Source of the DNA: Candidatus Omnitrophota bacterium
GTDB lineage: Bacteria; Omnitrophota; Gorgyraeia; Gygaellales; Profunditerraquicolaceae
Assembly: GCA_030693145.1 (NCBI GenBank)
Contig: JAUYBI010000015.1
Location: forward strand, 8,619 to 72,618
DNA length: 64,000 nt
Direction of reading: 5' to 3'
The position numbers and the translations under genes are program-made. Position 1 is the stretch's first letter. Every line of letters starts with the position of its first letter. A model generated the notes under the pieces. The model ran no database searches, was not told the DNA's origin, and worked only from the letters and a program-made list of their open reading frames with translations. This document shows positions 48,067 through 59,830 of the stretch, piece after piece.

Positions 48067-49031
48067 TTACTTTTCAAAGGATAAGAGGAGTTTTATTTTA
48101 TATAAGTTTATTTTCATTTTTTATCGGCCTGCCTTTTATTCTTTCTTTTGCTTTAGGATATAAATTTAATACCCATACTTTAAAATTCGTAAAGACCGGG
48201 TTAATTTTTGTCAAGACTCAGCCCGCAGGAGCTAAAGTTTATCTTAACGGTGAACTTATTGCTGAAAGGAGCCCCACTAGTATGCAGGAGCTGCTTCCCG
48301 GCTCTTATAAAGTTACCTTGGAATTAGCGCAACATTATCCCTGGAAGGGCCAGGTGGAAGTCGAGGCAGGCAAGGTTAGCCGGGTAGATAAAGTTATTCT
48401 TTTCCCGGCGCGGCCTAATCTGCGGCAGTTGAACCAGGAAAAATTCTCTTCTTTTCGCATTGATACTGAAAAAAAAGTGGTTTATTATCTGGATCAAGAG
48501 AAGAAAGTACTGTATCGCTCGAATTTAGACGCGAACAACTTTGAAGATATCGCCAGCCTCCCGGATAAGTTTACCCAGGTTAACGGCTGGGAGGTTTCTT
48601 CGGATAAAAGAAAGCTATTTATTTTTAATCAACATCAAATTAGCGTGATTTTTTTTGATACCCAGGTTGATTATGAATACGCGGCCTCTACGGTGTTTTT
48701 GGATTATCCGCAGGAGAAAATCATGGATGTTTTCTGGCATTCGGATAGCTACCATTTAGTGGTATTGACGGATAAAAATGTTCAGGTAATTGAATCCCGC
48801 CCGGGCGCAGCAGCGATTAATCTGGTAGCCTTAAATAAAGCAGGATCGGCTGCATTTTACGATACCAAAGAAGATGCGCTTTATTTTAGCGATAGTCAAA
48901 GAAGCCTTGATGGCAGTGCTTATAATAATCTGTATAAGTTGGAATTAAGCGCTAATCTTTATTTATTAGAAAAGTTGATCAGTCAGCCTTTTGGGAAAGT
49001 TAATCCTGAACAAAAGGAAAGGCAGGAATGA
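48063..49031 (+). CDS. PEGA domain membrane-anchored protein
   Basis: TM, TGLIFVKTQPAGAKVYLNG, LLPGSYKV; beta-propeller-like C-terminus. Confidence 0.75.
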   Translation: MITFQRIRGVLFYISLFSFFIGLPFILSFALGYKFNTHTLKFVKTGLIFVKTQPAGAKVYLNGELIAERSPTSMQELLPGSYKVTLELAQHYPWKGQVEVEAGKVSRVDKVILFPARPNLRQLNQEKFSSFRIDTEKKVVYYLDQEKKVLYRSNLDANNFEDIASLPDKFTQVNGWEVSSDKRKLFIFNQHQISVIFFDTQVDYEYAASTVFLDYPQEKIMDVFWHSDSYHLVVLTDKNVQVIESRPGAAAINLVALNKAGSAAFYDTKEDALYFSDSQRSLDGSAYNNLYKLELSANLYLLEKLISQPFGKVNPEQKERQE

Positions 49032-50521
49032 ATAAGGCGCTATTTTTAAAGCGTATTCTTGAAATTATACCCGGAGGATTATCCTGGAGTATAATTATCC
49101 TATTGATCGCATTGTCTTTTTTGCATCCGGTATCCAGCGCGATTATTATCATCTCTTTTGATTTTTATTGGATTATCCGTACGCTGTATTTAACCACGCT
49201 TCTAGTGATGGCGCATTCGCGGCTTTTCCGCCAGAGGAATGAGGATTGGTTGGCGCGCTGCCGGAGTTTGCCCACGGATTTGGGTTTTTCAGAACTGTAT
49301 CAGGTAGTGATCTTTCCGGTTTGCAACGAGGGGCTGGAAGTTTTGCGCCCATCGTTGGCGGCTTTGAGCGGGAGCCGTTATCCTTGCGAGAAGATCATCG
49401 TGGTGATGGCTTTTGAAGCAAGGAATACCTGCGCGCATGACAACGCTTTAATTTTAGAGAAAGAATTTAGCGGGAGGTTTGGCGCGTATCTATCCACATT
49501 CCATCCTGATGATTTGCCCGGGGAGAGCCGGACTAAAGGCGCTAATGCTACCTGGTCGGCAAAAGCGGCCAGGGAATTCCTGGATACCCGCAGGATTGCT
49601 TATGAGCAGGTAGTAGTTTCCTGTTTCGACGCGGATACTTGTGTGGATAAGGAATATTTCGGTTGTTTAAGTTATCATTTTCTGACTTCTGATAAGAGGC
49701 ATCAGGCAAGTTATCAGCCGATGCCGGTTTATAATAATAATATCTGGCAGGCACCGTCTTTTGCCAGGCTGGTTGAGATTAGCAGTTCATTTTGTCAGAT
49801 GATTGAAAGCATGCGTTTGGAGAAGTTTGTTACCTTCTCCAGCCATAGTATGAGTTTTAAGACCTTGGTCCAAATAGATTACTGGCCAACCAATATGATC
49901 TCGGATGATTCGGTGATTTATTGGAAAGGTTATTTGTATTATAACGGAGATTATCGCGTGATTCCGTTATATGTTACGGTTTCTCTGGATGTGGCTTATT
50001 CCAGCAATATCTGGCGGACCATGGTTGTGCAGTATAAACAGAAAAGAAGGTGGGCCTGGGGGGTAGAGAATTTTCCTTTTGTGGTAAATGGTTTTATTAA
50101 CAATAAGAATATTTCCCTGTTTAATAAATTAAGAAGATCTTTCCATCTCTTGGAGAGCCATGTTACCTGGGCGGTCTGGGCGGTAATCCTGGTAGTGATT
50201 GGGCCGCTGCCCATACTCTTTGGGGGAACATTTTTTAGCCAGATGGCCATTGCTTATAACCTGCCAAAAATTACCGGCTTATTGTTCAAATTCACTCTCT
50301 TTACTAGTTTGACTTGGATTTTTTTAAGTTGGACAATTTTACCTCCCCGGCCTAAGGGGATAAGCTGGCTTAAACACGTGCTTTTAATTCTGGAATGGAT
50401 TTTTGTGCCATTGATCATATTGATTATCGGTTCGGCTCCGGCACTTGATGCCCAAACTCGGCTGATGTTTGCTAAATACATGGAATTTAACCCTACATTA
50501 AAAGGGGATAAGGTGTTATAA
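49028..50521 (+). CDS. Membrane GT2 glycosyltransferase
   Basis: KGAN, FDADT, ISDD, QKRRWAWG (QxxRW), multiple TMs. Confidence 0.85.
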   Translation: MNKALFLKRILEIIPGGLSWSIIILLIALSFLHPVSSAIIIISFDFYWIIRTLYLTTLLVMAHSRLFRQRNEDWLARCRSLPTDLGFSELYQVVIFPVCNEGLEVLRPSLAALSGSRYPCEKIIVVMAFEARNTCAHDNALILEKEFSGRFGAYLSTFHPDDLPGESRTKGANATWSAKAAREFLDTRRIAYEQVVVSCFDADTCVDKEYFGCLSYHFLTSDKRHQASYQPMPVYNNNIWQAPSFARLVEISSSFCQMIESMRLEKFVTFSSHSMSFKTLVQIDYWPTNMISDDSVIYWKGYLYYNGDYRVIPLYVTVSLDVAYSSNIWRTMVVQYKQKRRWAWGVENFPFVVNGFINNKNISLFNKLRRSFHLLESHVTWAVWAVILVVIGPLPILFGGTFFSQMAIAYNLPKITGLLFKFTLFTSLTWIFLSWTILPPRPKGISWLKHVLLILEWIFVPLIILIIGSAPALDAQTRLMFAKYMEFNPTLKGDKVL

Positions 50522-50542
50522 TATTTATACGGAGGAAAAAAT

Positions 50543-51616
50543 ATGGATATTAAAAAATTAATGCAAGAGATGGTGGATAAGAATGCTTCAGATCTTTTTC
50601 TTCGAGCCGGAGGGGTGCCGCGTCTACGCATTGATGGCAAGGTTCTCCCTATGGATACCAGGAATTTAAACATAGAGGATCTAATGTTCGCCATGGAACA
50701 GCTGGCGATTACTAAACAGTGTGAGGCTTTTAGGAATAAGCTGGATGTTGATTTTGCCGTATTCCTGCCGGAATTTAACCGGCGTTTCCGGGTGAGTATA
50801 TTTACGCAGAGAAATTGGCCGGCGATTGTTATCCGCAACGTCCGCAATAGCATCTCTTCTTTTGAGGAGTTAAATCTTCCCGCGGAAATATTAAAAAAAC
50901 TATCGCTGGAAACCCGGGGCCTGGTACTTTTAACCGGAAGTATGGGCAGCGGAAAATCCACGACCATTGCCAGTATGGTAGAATACATAAATAATAATGC
51001 CAAGAAACATATCTTGACTGTTGAGGAACCGATTGAATTTACCTTTGAGGATAAACAGTCAATTATTAATCAACGGGAGCTGGGGATTGATGTGTCTAGT
51101 TATCCGGTGGCGCTGCGCGCCTTTACCTTACAAAGCCCGGACGTCATATTTATCGGTAATATCCGTGATTATGATACAGTCTCAGCCGCCATGTCTGCCG
51201 CGGAGACGGGAGTTTTAGTTTTAAGTACTTTGCATACGATCAATGCTTCGCAGACCGTGGAAAGGTTAATTAATCTTTTCCCTCCGCATCAACATCAAGA
51301 GGTAAGGAATCAGCTCGCCACACTGTTAAAAGGAGTAATTTCTTTACGCCTGGTGCCGGCGAAGAGTGGTGCGGGCCGGGTTCCGGCTTATGAAGTAATG
51401 CTGCTGACTCCGACGATCGGCCGTTTAATCCGTGAAGGAAAAATTTGGGAAATCCCGCAATTTATTGATGATGGAACGGTATTTGGGATGCAATCATTTA
51501 ATCAGTCTTTGGTTAGGTTAGTGCATGAGGGTAAGGTGGCTTTGGAGGATGCGGCGTTAGCTGCAGACAGCCGCGAGGAATTTATGTTGGCTTATAGAGG
51601 AATTAAGAAAAGTTAA
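50543..51616 (+). CDS. pilT: PilT/PilU-family ATPase with degenerate catalytic motifs
   Basis: ASDLFL, GSMGSGKST, INQRELG, STLHT, GMQSFNQSL; Walker B reads FIGNIRD. Confidence 0.8.
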   Translation: MDIKKLMQEMVDKNASDLFLRAGGVPRLRIDGKVLPMDTRNLNIEDLMFAMEQLAITKQCEAFRNKLDVDFAVFLPEFNRRFRVSIFTQRNWPAIVIRNVRNSISSFEELNLPAEILKKLSLETRGLVLLTGSMGSGKSTTIASMVEYINNNAKKHILTVEEPIEFTFEDKQSIINQRELGIDVSSYPVALRAFTLQSPDVIFIGNIRDYDTVSAAMSAAETGVLVLSTLHTINASQTVERLINLFPPHQHQEVRNQLATLLKGVISLRLVPAKSGAGRVPAYEVMLLTPTIGRLIREGKIWEIPQFIDDGTVFGMQSFNQSLVRLVHEGKVALEDAALAADSREEFMLAYRGIKKS

Positions 51617-51648
51617 TTTACTAACCCAGAGGAGGAAATAAGATAACC

Positions 51649-52747
51649 ATGATTGAAGAGATTAAAGCTAAGCTGGTGGAGATTGGCGTAAGGATGGAGA
51701 ACTTAAGAGGTTATCTTTGACGTTGCCCATAAAAGGCAAAAGATTGATGCTTTAAACGAGCAGATGTCGAGCGAAGGTTTTTGGAATAATACAGAACGTT
51801 CAACCAGCGTAGTTAAGGAATTAAAAAACCTTAAAACAACGGTTGAGCCTTGGGAGTTAGCTTATAAAAAATATCAGGAACTGGCTGAGCTTATTCCTTT
51901 ACTTCAAGAGAATGATCAGGATTTGGTTTCAGAGTTAACGCGTAATGCCTCAAGCCTTATCGGGATAATTGATAAGTTAGAATTTCAGGTGCTTTTAGGG
52001 GGGGCGTTTGATAAACATAGCGCAATCTTAAGCATTAATGCCGGAGCCGGCGGCACGGAATCCTGTGATTGGGCAGGAATGCTTTTAAGGATGTATAGCC
52101 GTTTTGCCGAAAGCCACGACTATAGCGTAAAAACAATTGATATCCTTTCCGGGGAAGAAGCGGGAATTAAAAATGTTACTTTGCTCATCGAGGGCCCGTA
52201 TGCCTTTGGCTATTTAAAGGCAGAACGGGGGGTGCATCGATTAGTGCGTATTTCGCCTTTTGACGCGAATAAGCGCAGGCATACTTCTTTTGCTTCAGTG
52301 GACGTGATTCCGGAGATAGAGGAAGAATTAGAGCTAAAAATCCAGGAGAGTGATCTGCGCGTAGATGTTTTTCGGGCCAAGGGCGCCGGCGGCCAAAGCG
52401 TGAACACCACGGATTCAGCGGTAAGAATTACCCATTTGCCCAGTGGAATTGTCGCGCAATGCCAGAATGAGCGTTCGCAATTTCAAAATAAACAAACGGC
52501 TTTAAAGATACTTAAGGCGCGTATTTATGAAGCAGAGCAGGCTAAAAAAGCAGAAGAGGTAAAACAGCAGGACTCAGATAAAAAGAGGATTGAGTGGGGC
52601 AGCCAGATTCGTTCCTATGTTTTACATCCCTATAATTTAGTGAAGGATCACCGCACGGATTTTGAAACCGGAGATAGCCAAAAGATTTTAGACGGCGGCC
52701 TGGATGATTTTATCGAGGCGTATTTAAAGTTTAGCGCGAATAAATAA
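51649..52747 (+). CDS. prfB: Peptide chain release factor 2 with programmed +1 frameshift at CTT-TGA-C (51715-51721)
   Basis: AGAGGT-TAT-CTT-TGA-C slippery site in frame with ATG 51649; SPF and GGQ motifs. Confidence 0.96.
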
Positions 52748-52824
52748 GGGGATTTAAAAAAACAAGGGGACGGTTCTCTTATTTAAGAGAACCGTCCCCG
52801 GGATTTTAAAAATTCAGGAGTAAA

Positions 52825-55767
52825 ATGCTAGGTTTAATTAAAAAAGTTATTCTTAAGAATAAGCAGGGCGAAATCAGGAAGAGATTTCCCAAATTAAATA
52901 TCACCTTGCATGTTGAGATGCCCAGCCCCTCCATGAATAAAATGGTGGAGGTAGCGCGGCTGGTTAATTTGGTAAATTCTTTTGAAAGCCGGATCAGCGC
53001 CTTAAGCGATAGCCAGCTTGCCGCCAAGACAGATGAGTTTAGGGAGCATTTAAAAAATAAATCTGAAAAGTTTAACCAGGAGCTAGAAGAACTGCAGCAG
53101 GCGATGCTGAAGGTGGCGATGCCTGAAGAAAAAGAGAAATTAAAAGAAAAGTTAAAAATTAGCCGCAACAGAATTTTTGCGGAAATATTACCCGAGGCTT
53201 TCGCGGTAGTCAGGGAGGCATCAGGCCGGACAATAGGTTTAAGGCATTTTGATGTGCAGATTATCGGGGGTATTATTTTACATGAGGGCCGGATCGCGGA
53301 GATGTCTACCGGGGAAGGAAAGACCCTGGTGGCTACACTGGCGGCATATCTGAATGCTTTATTGGGCAAGGGCGTGCATATTATTACGGTCAATGATTAC
53401 CTGGCCCGGCGCGACCGGGAGTGGATGGGGCCGATCTATGAATTTTTGGGTTTATCCGTAGGCACTATCCAGCATGATATGTCGGATGAGCAAAGAAAAG
53501 TTGCTTATGCTTCTGATATAACTTATGGCACCAATAATGAGTTTGGTTTTGATTATCTGCGCGACAATATGAAGTATTCTACAGAAGATCTGGTACAGAG
53601 GCCTTTTTATTACGCGATTGTGGATGAAGTAGATTCTATATTAATTGATGAAGCGCGTACTCCTTTGATCATCTCCGGACCGGCGGAAGAGTCCACAGAA
53701 AAATATTATAACGCTAAGAAAATAGTTGAACAATTAGATGGGCGCCGGGTTACGGAGCGTGATGAGATTGACGCAAAATATAAAGGGATAGATTTAGGCA
53801 AAGGTTTTGATTACGTAGCGGATGAGAAGGCGCAAACCGTAGCTTTGACCGAAGCCGGGGAGATTAAGGCTTCTAAGCTTTGGGGCGTGGATACCCTGCA
53901 TTCCTTAGAGACAATCGAATACCGGCACCATACTATTCAGGCTTTACGGGCAAAAGAGTTTTTCCAGAGGGATGTGGATTATGTAATTAAGGATGGGGAG
54001 GTAATTATCGTCGATGAATTTACGGGCCGGTTGATGCCGGGCCGGCGTTGGTCAGACGGCCTGCATCAGGCTGTCGAGTCTAAAGAGGGCTTGAAGATTG
54101 AGCGGGAAAATCAGACTTTAGCCACGATTACCTTTCAGAATTATTTCCGGATGTATGAAAAATTAGCGGGAATGACCGGTACGGCTTTTACGGAAGCGAA
54201 TGAATTTAAAAGTATCTATCAGTTAGATGTCGTGGTTTTACCGACCAATCAGCCTTTAGTGCGTAAGAATTATCCGGATCGTATTTATAAAACGGAAGAA
54301 GAAAAATTTGCGGCTGTAGTTGAAGAGATTGCCCAGTTAAGTGACTTAGGTAAACCCGTATTGGTAGGCACCATTACCATTGATAAATCTGAAAGGCTCT
54401 CTGAGATGCTTAAACGCCGGGGGATTAAGCATCAGGTGTTAAATGCTAAATATCATGAAATGGAGGCCCAAATTATCTCCCAGGCGGGCAGCTATAAAGG
54501 CGTAACCATTGCTACGAATATGGCCGGCCGCGGCACAGATATACTTTTGGGAGGGAATCCCGAGTTTGTAGCCAAAAATGTGGCCAAACAGAAATTAAAC
54601 CCTCAAGACCCGGATTATCTTGTTGAATATAAAAAGATTCTCCAGCATTATAAATCTATAGCTGCCGTTGAGCATAATCAGGTAGTAGGATTAGGGGGCC
54701 TGCATGTTTTAGGCACGGAGCGCCATGAAGCCAGGCGGATTGATAATCAGCTGCGCGGCCGCAGCGGCCGTCAGGGGGACCCCGGAAGTTCACGTTTTTA
54801 TGTATCCTTAAAGGATGACCTGATGCGTTTGTTTGGTTCTGACCGGATTATCGGATTAATGGAAAAACTGGGCTTGGAAGAAGGCCAGGTTATTGAACAT
54901 CCATGGGTTAGCGGCTCGATTGAGATCGCTCAGCGCCGGGTAGAGCAGCATAACTTTGAGATTAGAAAGCAACTCTTAGATTATGATAATGTAATGAATA
55001 AACAGAGAGAGATCATCTATGGCCAGCGCCGCCAGATTCTGGAAGGATTCTCTTTGCGAGAAAATATCATCGAGATTATTTCTAAACTGGCCCGGGATTA
55101 TTTAGTAATTTATAAACAGCCGGAGACTTCTGAAATTGATAGCGCAGGCTTAACTAGTTTTATAGACTTAAATTTTGGCCTGCAATTAGATGCGCAAACA
55201 TTTAATCATCAAAGCGCTGAAGAGGCCGGGGAGAAACTAACGCAGGAGCTGCTGGCGGCTTATGAAAATAAAGAGAAATTAATCGGCCGGGAGTTATTGC
55301 GAAATTTAGAGCGGATGGTTTTCCTGCAGATCATCGATAGCAAATGGAAAGATCATCTTTATGCCATGGATAGTTTGCGTGAAGGTATCGGCCTGCGGGC
55401 CTATGGACAAAGGGATCCTTTAATTGAGTATAAGCGCGAAGCTTTTGAGATGTTTACTCAAATGATTAGCGCTATCGAAGAAGATGCCGCGCAGACTATT
55501 TATAAATTAGAGTCGGTTAAACCAGAGAGGTTCCAGGGGGTTTTCAGTTCTTTACCTAAAGAGCTAAGCCACCCGGAATTAGCGATTTTTCCGGCCGATA
55601 CTGCGCAAGCAATCCCTGCGTCATTAGCGGTTACCCCTCAGAAACAATCCGCTAAGCCTGTGCCGGCAAATCAGCCGAAAGTGGGCCGAAATGACCCCTG
55701 TCCCTGCGGGAAAACAGATTCCATAACCGGAAGATTGTTGAAATATAAAAAATGTTGCGGAAAATGA
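52825..55767 (+). CDS. secA: Protein translocase SecA
   Basis: [40 protein letters not shown] tail. Confidence 0.97.
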   Translation: MLGLIKKVILKNKQGEIRKRFPKLNITLHVEMPSPSMNKMVEVARLVNLVNSFESRISALSDSQLAAKTDEFREHLKNKSEKFNQELEELQQAMLKVAMPEEKEKLKEKLKISRNRIFAEILPEAFAVVREASGRTIGLRHFDVQIIGGIILHEGRIAEMSTGEGKTLVATLAAYLNALLGKGVHIITVNDYLARRDREWMGPIYEFLGLSVGTIQHDMSDEQRKVAYASDITYGTNNEFGFDYLRDNMKYSTEDLVQRPFYYAIVDEVDSILIDEARTPLIISGPAEESTEKYYNAKKIVEQLDGRRVTERDEIDAKYKGIDLGKGFDYVADEKAQTVALTEAGEIKASKLWGVDTLHSLETIEYRHHTIQALRAKEFFQRDVDYVIKDGEVIIVDEFTGRLMPGRRWSDGLHQAVESKEGLKIERENQTLATITFQNYFRMYEKLAGMTGTAFTEANEFKSIYQLDVVVLPTNQPLVRKNYPDRIYKTEEEKFAAVVEEIAQLSDLGKPVLVGTITIDKSERLSEMLKRRGIKHQVLNAKYHEMEAQIISQAGSYKGVTIATNMAGRGTDILLGGNPEFVAKNVAKQKLNPQDPDYLVEYKKILQHYKSIAAVEHNQVVGLGGLHVLGTERHEARRIDNQLRGRSGRQGDPGSSRFYVSLKDDLMRLFGSDRIIGLMEKLGLEEGQVIEHPWVSGSIEIAQRRVEQHNFEIRKQLLDYDNVMNKQREIIYGQRRQILEGFSLRENIIEIISKLARDYLVIYKQPETSEIDSAGLTSFIDLNFGLQLDAQTFNHQSAEEAGEKLTQELLAAYENKEKLIGRELLRNLERMVFLQIIDSKWKDHLYAMDSLREGIGLRAYGQRDPLIEYKREAFEMFTQMISAIEEDAAQTIYKLESVKPERFQGVFSSLPKELSHPELAIFPADTAQAIPASLAVTPQKQSAKPVPANQPKVGRNDPCPCGKTDSITGRLLKYKKCCGK

Positions 55768-57233
55768 GTGTTGTGATCCTGCCCATTCTCACGTCAATTT
55801 TGTTGTCGCTTTCATTCTCCAGTTTTAATCTTTGGCTGTTTGCCTGGTGCGGGTTTATTCCTTTATTTATTGCGCTAGAGAATAAATCCTTGCGCCAATC
55901 ATTTATCATCACCTGCCTGTGCGGAGTTGTTTTTTGGTCACTAACTCTATATTGGCTTATCCATGTTACCCTGCTTGGCCAAATAATCCTGGTTTTATAC
56001 CTGGCTATTTACTTTGGCCTCTTTGGCTGCGTAATTTATTTATCGCGATTTCTTTCGGTTAATCGCCGCCTGCTTTTCCTGCCCGCAAGTTGGGCCTTAT
56101 TGGAATATTTGCGTAGTTATTTATTTACCGGATTTCCCTGGGCCTTAATCGGGCTTTCACAATATAAAAATTTGCCGATTATTCAGATCGCGGATATTAC
56201 CGGCGCCTGGGGAGTTTGTTTTCTGATAGTTTTAGTGAATACCGCGCTGTATTTATTTTTACGCAGGCATTCAGGGGTAAAAATTTTATTCATCCCTATA
56301 CTCATACTGTTTTTATCTCTCGGCTACGGCGCCACGAGGTTAAGTTATAAACCGGACCGGTGCAGCGATAAAGAGCAGCTTAAAATTTCTGTAGTTCAGG
56401 GTAATATCCCCCAGGATCTAAAATGGGATAAGCGGGCGGCTGCTTTTATTCAAAGCAGGTATAAGGAATTAACGGTTGAGGCAGCTGCGCAGAAGCCTGC
56501 TCTGATTATCTGGCCGGAGGCAAGCGTGCCGGGGCTCTGGGGCCGGGATGATGCTGAATTTGCCCAAGTTTTTTCTTTAGCCGGCCAACTTGATACTAAT
56601 CTTTTGGTAGGCGCGGTCTCGTATTTTAACCAAAATTATTTTAACAGCGCTTTGTTTATTAATCATTTAGGGAGTCCGGCAGCAACTTACAACAAGCTGC
56701 ATCTGGTTCCCTTCGGGGAATATATACCGCTGAAGAATATTTTTCCATTTTTAGAGACGATTGCTCCGATCGGGGATATCCAGCCGGGCAGGGAGTATAC
56801 GTTATTCAGGCAGCCTGCTAATTTTGGCGTGCTTATTTGTTTTGAGGATCTTTTTCCGGAGCTGTCACGTGAGTTTATAAAACGGGGGGCAAGATTCCTG
56901 GTTAATATTACCAATGATGCCTGGTATAAAGAAGGCAGCGCTCCGTATCAGCATTTTGCCGCTTCGGTTTTCAGGTCGGTTGAGAATCGTGTATATTTAG
57001 CCCGCGCCGCCAATACCGGAATTTCCGGGTTTATTGATCCGGCCGGCAGGATCTTAGGGGTAGTCCGAAATGATCAAGGTAAAGAGATTTTTGTCGAAGG
57101 TTATTACAGCCAGAGTATTTGTTTAGCCGCAGGCAGGCGTACAATTTATAACCGTTACGGGGATTTTTTTGTTGTTTTTTGCCTGCTGCTTGACGCGGGT
57201 GTTATCATCTCTATTTTAATTAATAAAAAATGA
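55764..57233 (+). CDS. lnt: Apolipoprotein N-acyltransferase
   Basis: [41 protein letters not shown]. Confidence 0.95.
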   Translation: MSVVILPILTSILLSLSFSSFNLWLFAWCGFIPLFIALENKSLRQSFIITCLCGVVFWSLTLYWLIHVTLLGQIILVLYLAIYFGLFGCVIYLSRFLSVNRRLLFLPASWALLEYLRSYLFTGFPWALIGLSQYKNLPIIQIADITGAWGVCFLIVLVNTALYLFLRRHSGVKILFIPILILFLSLGYGATRLSYKPDRCSDKEQLKISVVQGNIPQDLKWDKRAAAFIQSRYKELTVEAAAQKPALIIWPEASVPGLWGRDDAEFAQVFSLAGQLDTNLLVGAVSYFNQNYFNSALFINHLGSPAATYNKLHLVPFGEYIPLKNIFPFLETIAPIGDIQPGREYTLFRQPANFGVLICFEDLFPELSREFIKRGARFLVNITNDAWYKEGSAPYQHFAASVFRSVENRVYLARAANTGISGFIDPAGRILGVVRNDQGKEIFVEGYYSQSICLAAGRRTIYNRYGDFFVVFCLLLDAGVIISILINKK

Positions 57234-57331
57234 TAAAAAAAATCTTATTAATTATTTTAGCCTTGATTTGCGCCAGTGTGTTTTTGGGCCTGGCCCGGAT
57301 GGATAAACGTTATCTGCCCGCTTGAATATAT

Positions 57332-58210
57332 CTAGCGGCCTTGGGGTTCCATGTGCACTACGACATCGGTTATCCCGGGAATGGCGGATTTAATCGCTTC
57401 TTCAATACGGCAGCTTATCTGGTGGGCGTCATCCATATGCATGCTGGGATTAACCTGCACATGTAAATCGATATAGACATCATCAATTCTTCCGCGGCTG
57501 CGAATTTTATGGCAGGTGAGCACTCCTTTTGTTTTTAGTACGATATCCCTGACCTTTTGATCATCCAGGAAAACAGCAGTATCGCAAAGGACATCCGAGC
57601 TTTGTTTAACGATCGCAAAAGCAGCATAACCGATAAATAACGCTATGAGTATGGTAACGATAGGGTCAATTGCAGGGAATCCCAGCTTGGTTACAACCAG
57701 AGAAATAATTACTGAAAATGAGGTGAAGATGTCTGCCCGGGTATGCAGGGAATCCGAAATCAGGATGTCGCTTTTTAGGGCCCGGCCTTTTCTATGCTCA
57801 TAGCGCATTACATAGATATTTACCGCTAAGGTAATCAGCATTACCGCGAAACTACCCCAGTCAGGCTTAAACAAGACAGGCTGCTGCAGGTGCTGCCAGC
57901 CGGTTTTTAAGAGGTTAAAAGAAACAAGAAATAACATGCCGGCAATACCCAGGGAAAACAGCGTCTCATATTTTTTATGTCCGTAGGGGTGGTCTTTATC
58001 CACCGGTTGACAGGCAAAATGAATCCCGATGAGGCCAATAACGTTGGAAGTCCCGTCGCTTAAAGAATGGAACCCATCTGCGGTCATGCTAAAACAGCGG
58101 CTGCTTAAGCCGTAAATGATTTTGGCTAAAGCTACTGCCCAGTTTAAGGCAAGCACAATAATCAGGATTTTTCTGATTTTTTGATAATGCTTAGCTAGAT
58201 TAACGTGCAT
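57332..58210 (-). CDS. Cation diffusion facilitator (FieF-like)
   Basis: ADGFHSLSD, HPYGH, DSLHTRAD, VHMEP. Confidence 0.92.
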   Translation of the reverse strand: MHVNLAKHYQKIRKILIIVLALNWAVALAKIIYGLSSRCFSMTADGFHSLSDGTSNVIGLIGIHFACQPVDKDHPYGHKKYETLFSLGIAGMLFLVSFNLLKTGWQHLQQPVLFKPDWGSFAVMLITLAVNIYVMRYEHRKGRALKSDILISDSLHTRADIFTSFSVIISLVVTKLGFPAIDPIVTILIALFIGYAAFAIVKQSSDVLCDTAVFLDDQKVRDIVLKTKGVLTCHKIRSRGRIDDVYIDLHVQVNPSMHMDDAHQISCRIEEAIKSAIPGITDVVVHMEPQGR

Positions 58211-58265
58211 AAAGATATTCTATAATAATTTCCGGGCCTTGTAAATGACATTGTAATAAACATGA

Positions 58266-58370
58266 CATTGTAATAAACTCCGCTGATTTTTATCAATTGC
58301 CAAGTACAGTAGGGTGGGTTTAAACCCACCCTACTGTACTTGGCAAAAGTCCACAGGGTTTATTATAATG
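58266..58370. mobile_element. MITE-like element with ~25-bp imperfect TIRs (CATTRTAATAAAC.../...GTTTATTATAATG) and a nested REP; related copies ~12085-12192, 33741-33822, 40458-40579, 60318-60441, 61436-61592
   Basis: Terminal inverted repeats recur around REP copies; no transposase in the window. Confidence 0.65.
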
Positions 58371-58408
58371 TTCTCGATTAAAAATTAGTTAAATGCTAGA
58401 ATGTGAGC

Positions 58409-59815
58409 ATGTCTAAATTAAGATTATTAATGGTGGCGTTGGTTTTGTTATGCGTTGGCTGTGCGCGTATACCCAAGCCCGATGCCGGCGCTGGAGATCG
58501 TTACGCGGAATTAGAGCCGTTTAAAAAGAATGAACGAATTTTAATTTTAGCTCCGCACCCTGATGATGAGGCGATTGCCTGCGCGGGGGTTATTCAAAAG
58601 GCGCTTAAGGCAGGCGCTCAGGTTAAGGTGGTTTATTTAACCAACGGCGACCATAATGAGCTTGCTTTTATCGTTTATGAAAAGAGGATAGTCATGCGCC
58701 AGGGCGCGTTCATTTATCTGGGTAAAATGCGCCAGCAAGAGTCAATTAAGGCCATGAAGTTTTTAGGATTATCCGAAAAAGACCTGGTATTTTTAGGATA
58801 CCCGGATTACGGAACTTTTGAGATTTTTTGCAAATATTGGCAGGTTGGAAAACCTTTCCGTGACCGGTTAACCCGGATATCCAGCGTGCCCTATGCGCAG
58901 AGCCCTTCTTATGGAGCCAAATATTACGGGGAAAATATCTTAAGTGACCTGACTAAACAGATCCTGGATTATCAGCCGGATAAAATATTTGTTTCGCATC
59001 CGGCGGACGTTAATGTCGATCATAAAGCACTGTACTTGTTTCTCCAGGTGGCCTTGAGTGACCTGGAGGCGCGTATGGCTAAACCTGAAATCTATCCTTA
59101 TCTGGTGCATCGTGTGGGTTGGCCTAAACCGCGGCATTATCATCCGGAGTTAGCGCTATATCCTCCGGAGGAATTTAACGGCTCTAAGATCAACTGGCAG
59201 CGTTTGGATTTAAGCGCTGCGGAGTTAGGCAAAAAATACCGGGCAATCCTTTTCTATAAAAGCCAGACACAATCCAGCGCTTTTTATCTATTTTCTTTTG
59301 CCAGGAAGAATGAACTCTTTAGTGATTATCCGGAGCTGGAGTTGAAACCCCAAGCAGTATCAGCAGGCGAGGATCTTTTTTATTCCGATACTTCGGAGAT
59401 GTTCAAGGAAAAAGAATATCCCTTAGATTCAAAACAGATTGAAGCGCTTGAGGATAAGGGAGGCGTAAGCTATGCCGCAGAAGACGGATATTTTGTTGCG
59501 CGCCTGGATAAACCCAAGAAGTTGAGCAGCAGGTTCGGGGTAATACTCTATATTTTTGGGTATAGCCAGAGTACTCCTTTTGCCCAAATGCCCAAGATCC
59601 GCATTATCACTAAGGGGAAAAACTGCAAAGTATTTAGTTCCAAAAACCGGATAAAGGACCCGGGGGCAAGAATAGATTTCGGCAGAAACTCTTTAATTAT
59701 AAAAATCCCGCTTAAGCTTTTAGGCCAGCCGGATTATACGCTTACGGCGCTGAAGGCTTATCATGGTAATTTGCCTATTGATGGAGCGGCTTTTCGCAAA
59801 GTCAAGATTAAATAA
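58409..59815 (+). CDS. PIG-L/LmbE deacetylase-family lipoprotein
   Basis: CVGC lipobox, APHPDDE, TNGD, LGYPD, DH. Confidence 0.85.
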   Translation: MSKLRLLMVALVLLCVGCARIPKPDAGAGDRYAELEPFKKNERILILAPHPDDEAIACAGVIQKALKAGAQVKVVYLTNGDHNELAFIVYEKRIVMRQGAFIYLGKMRQQESIKAMKFLGLSEKDLVFLGYPDYGTFEIFCKYWQVGKPFRDRLTRISSVPYAQSPSYGAKYYGENILSDLTKQILDYQPDKIFVSHPADVNVDHKALYLFLQVALSDLEARMAKPEIYPYLVHRVGWPKPRHYHPELALYPPEEFNGSKINWQRLDLSAAELGKKYRAILFYKSQTQSSAFYLFSFARKNELFSDYPELELKPQAVSAGEDLFYSDTSEMFKEKEYPLDSKQIEALEDKGGVSYAAEDGYFVARLDKPKKLSSRFGVILYIFGYSQSTPFAQMPKIRIITKGKNCKVFSSKNRIKDPGARIDFGRNSLIIKIPLKLLGQPDYTLTALKAYHGNLPIDGAAFRKVKIK

Positions 59816-59830
59816 AGAGAGGAGTGTTGG

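Noticed and set aside
50254-51003. 249-aa minus-strand ORF, and similar shadow ORFs (12806-13444, 52806-53393, etc.)
   Set aside because: Antisense shadows of conserved genes with no motifs or RBS
51715-51721. prfB pseudogene or sequencing error
   Set aside because: Canonical programmed +1 frameshift with an internal SD; well known, not novel
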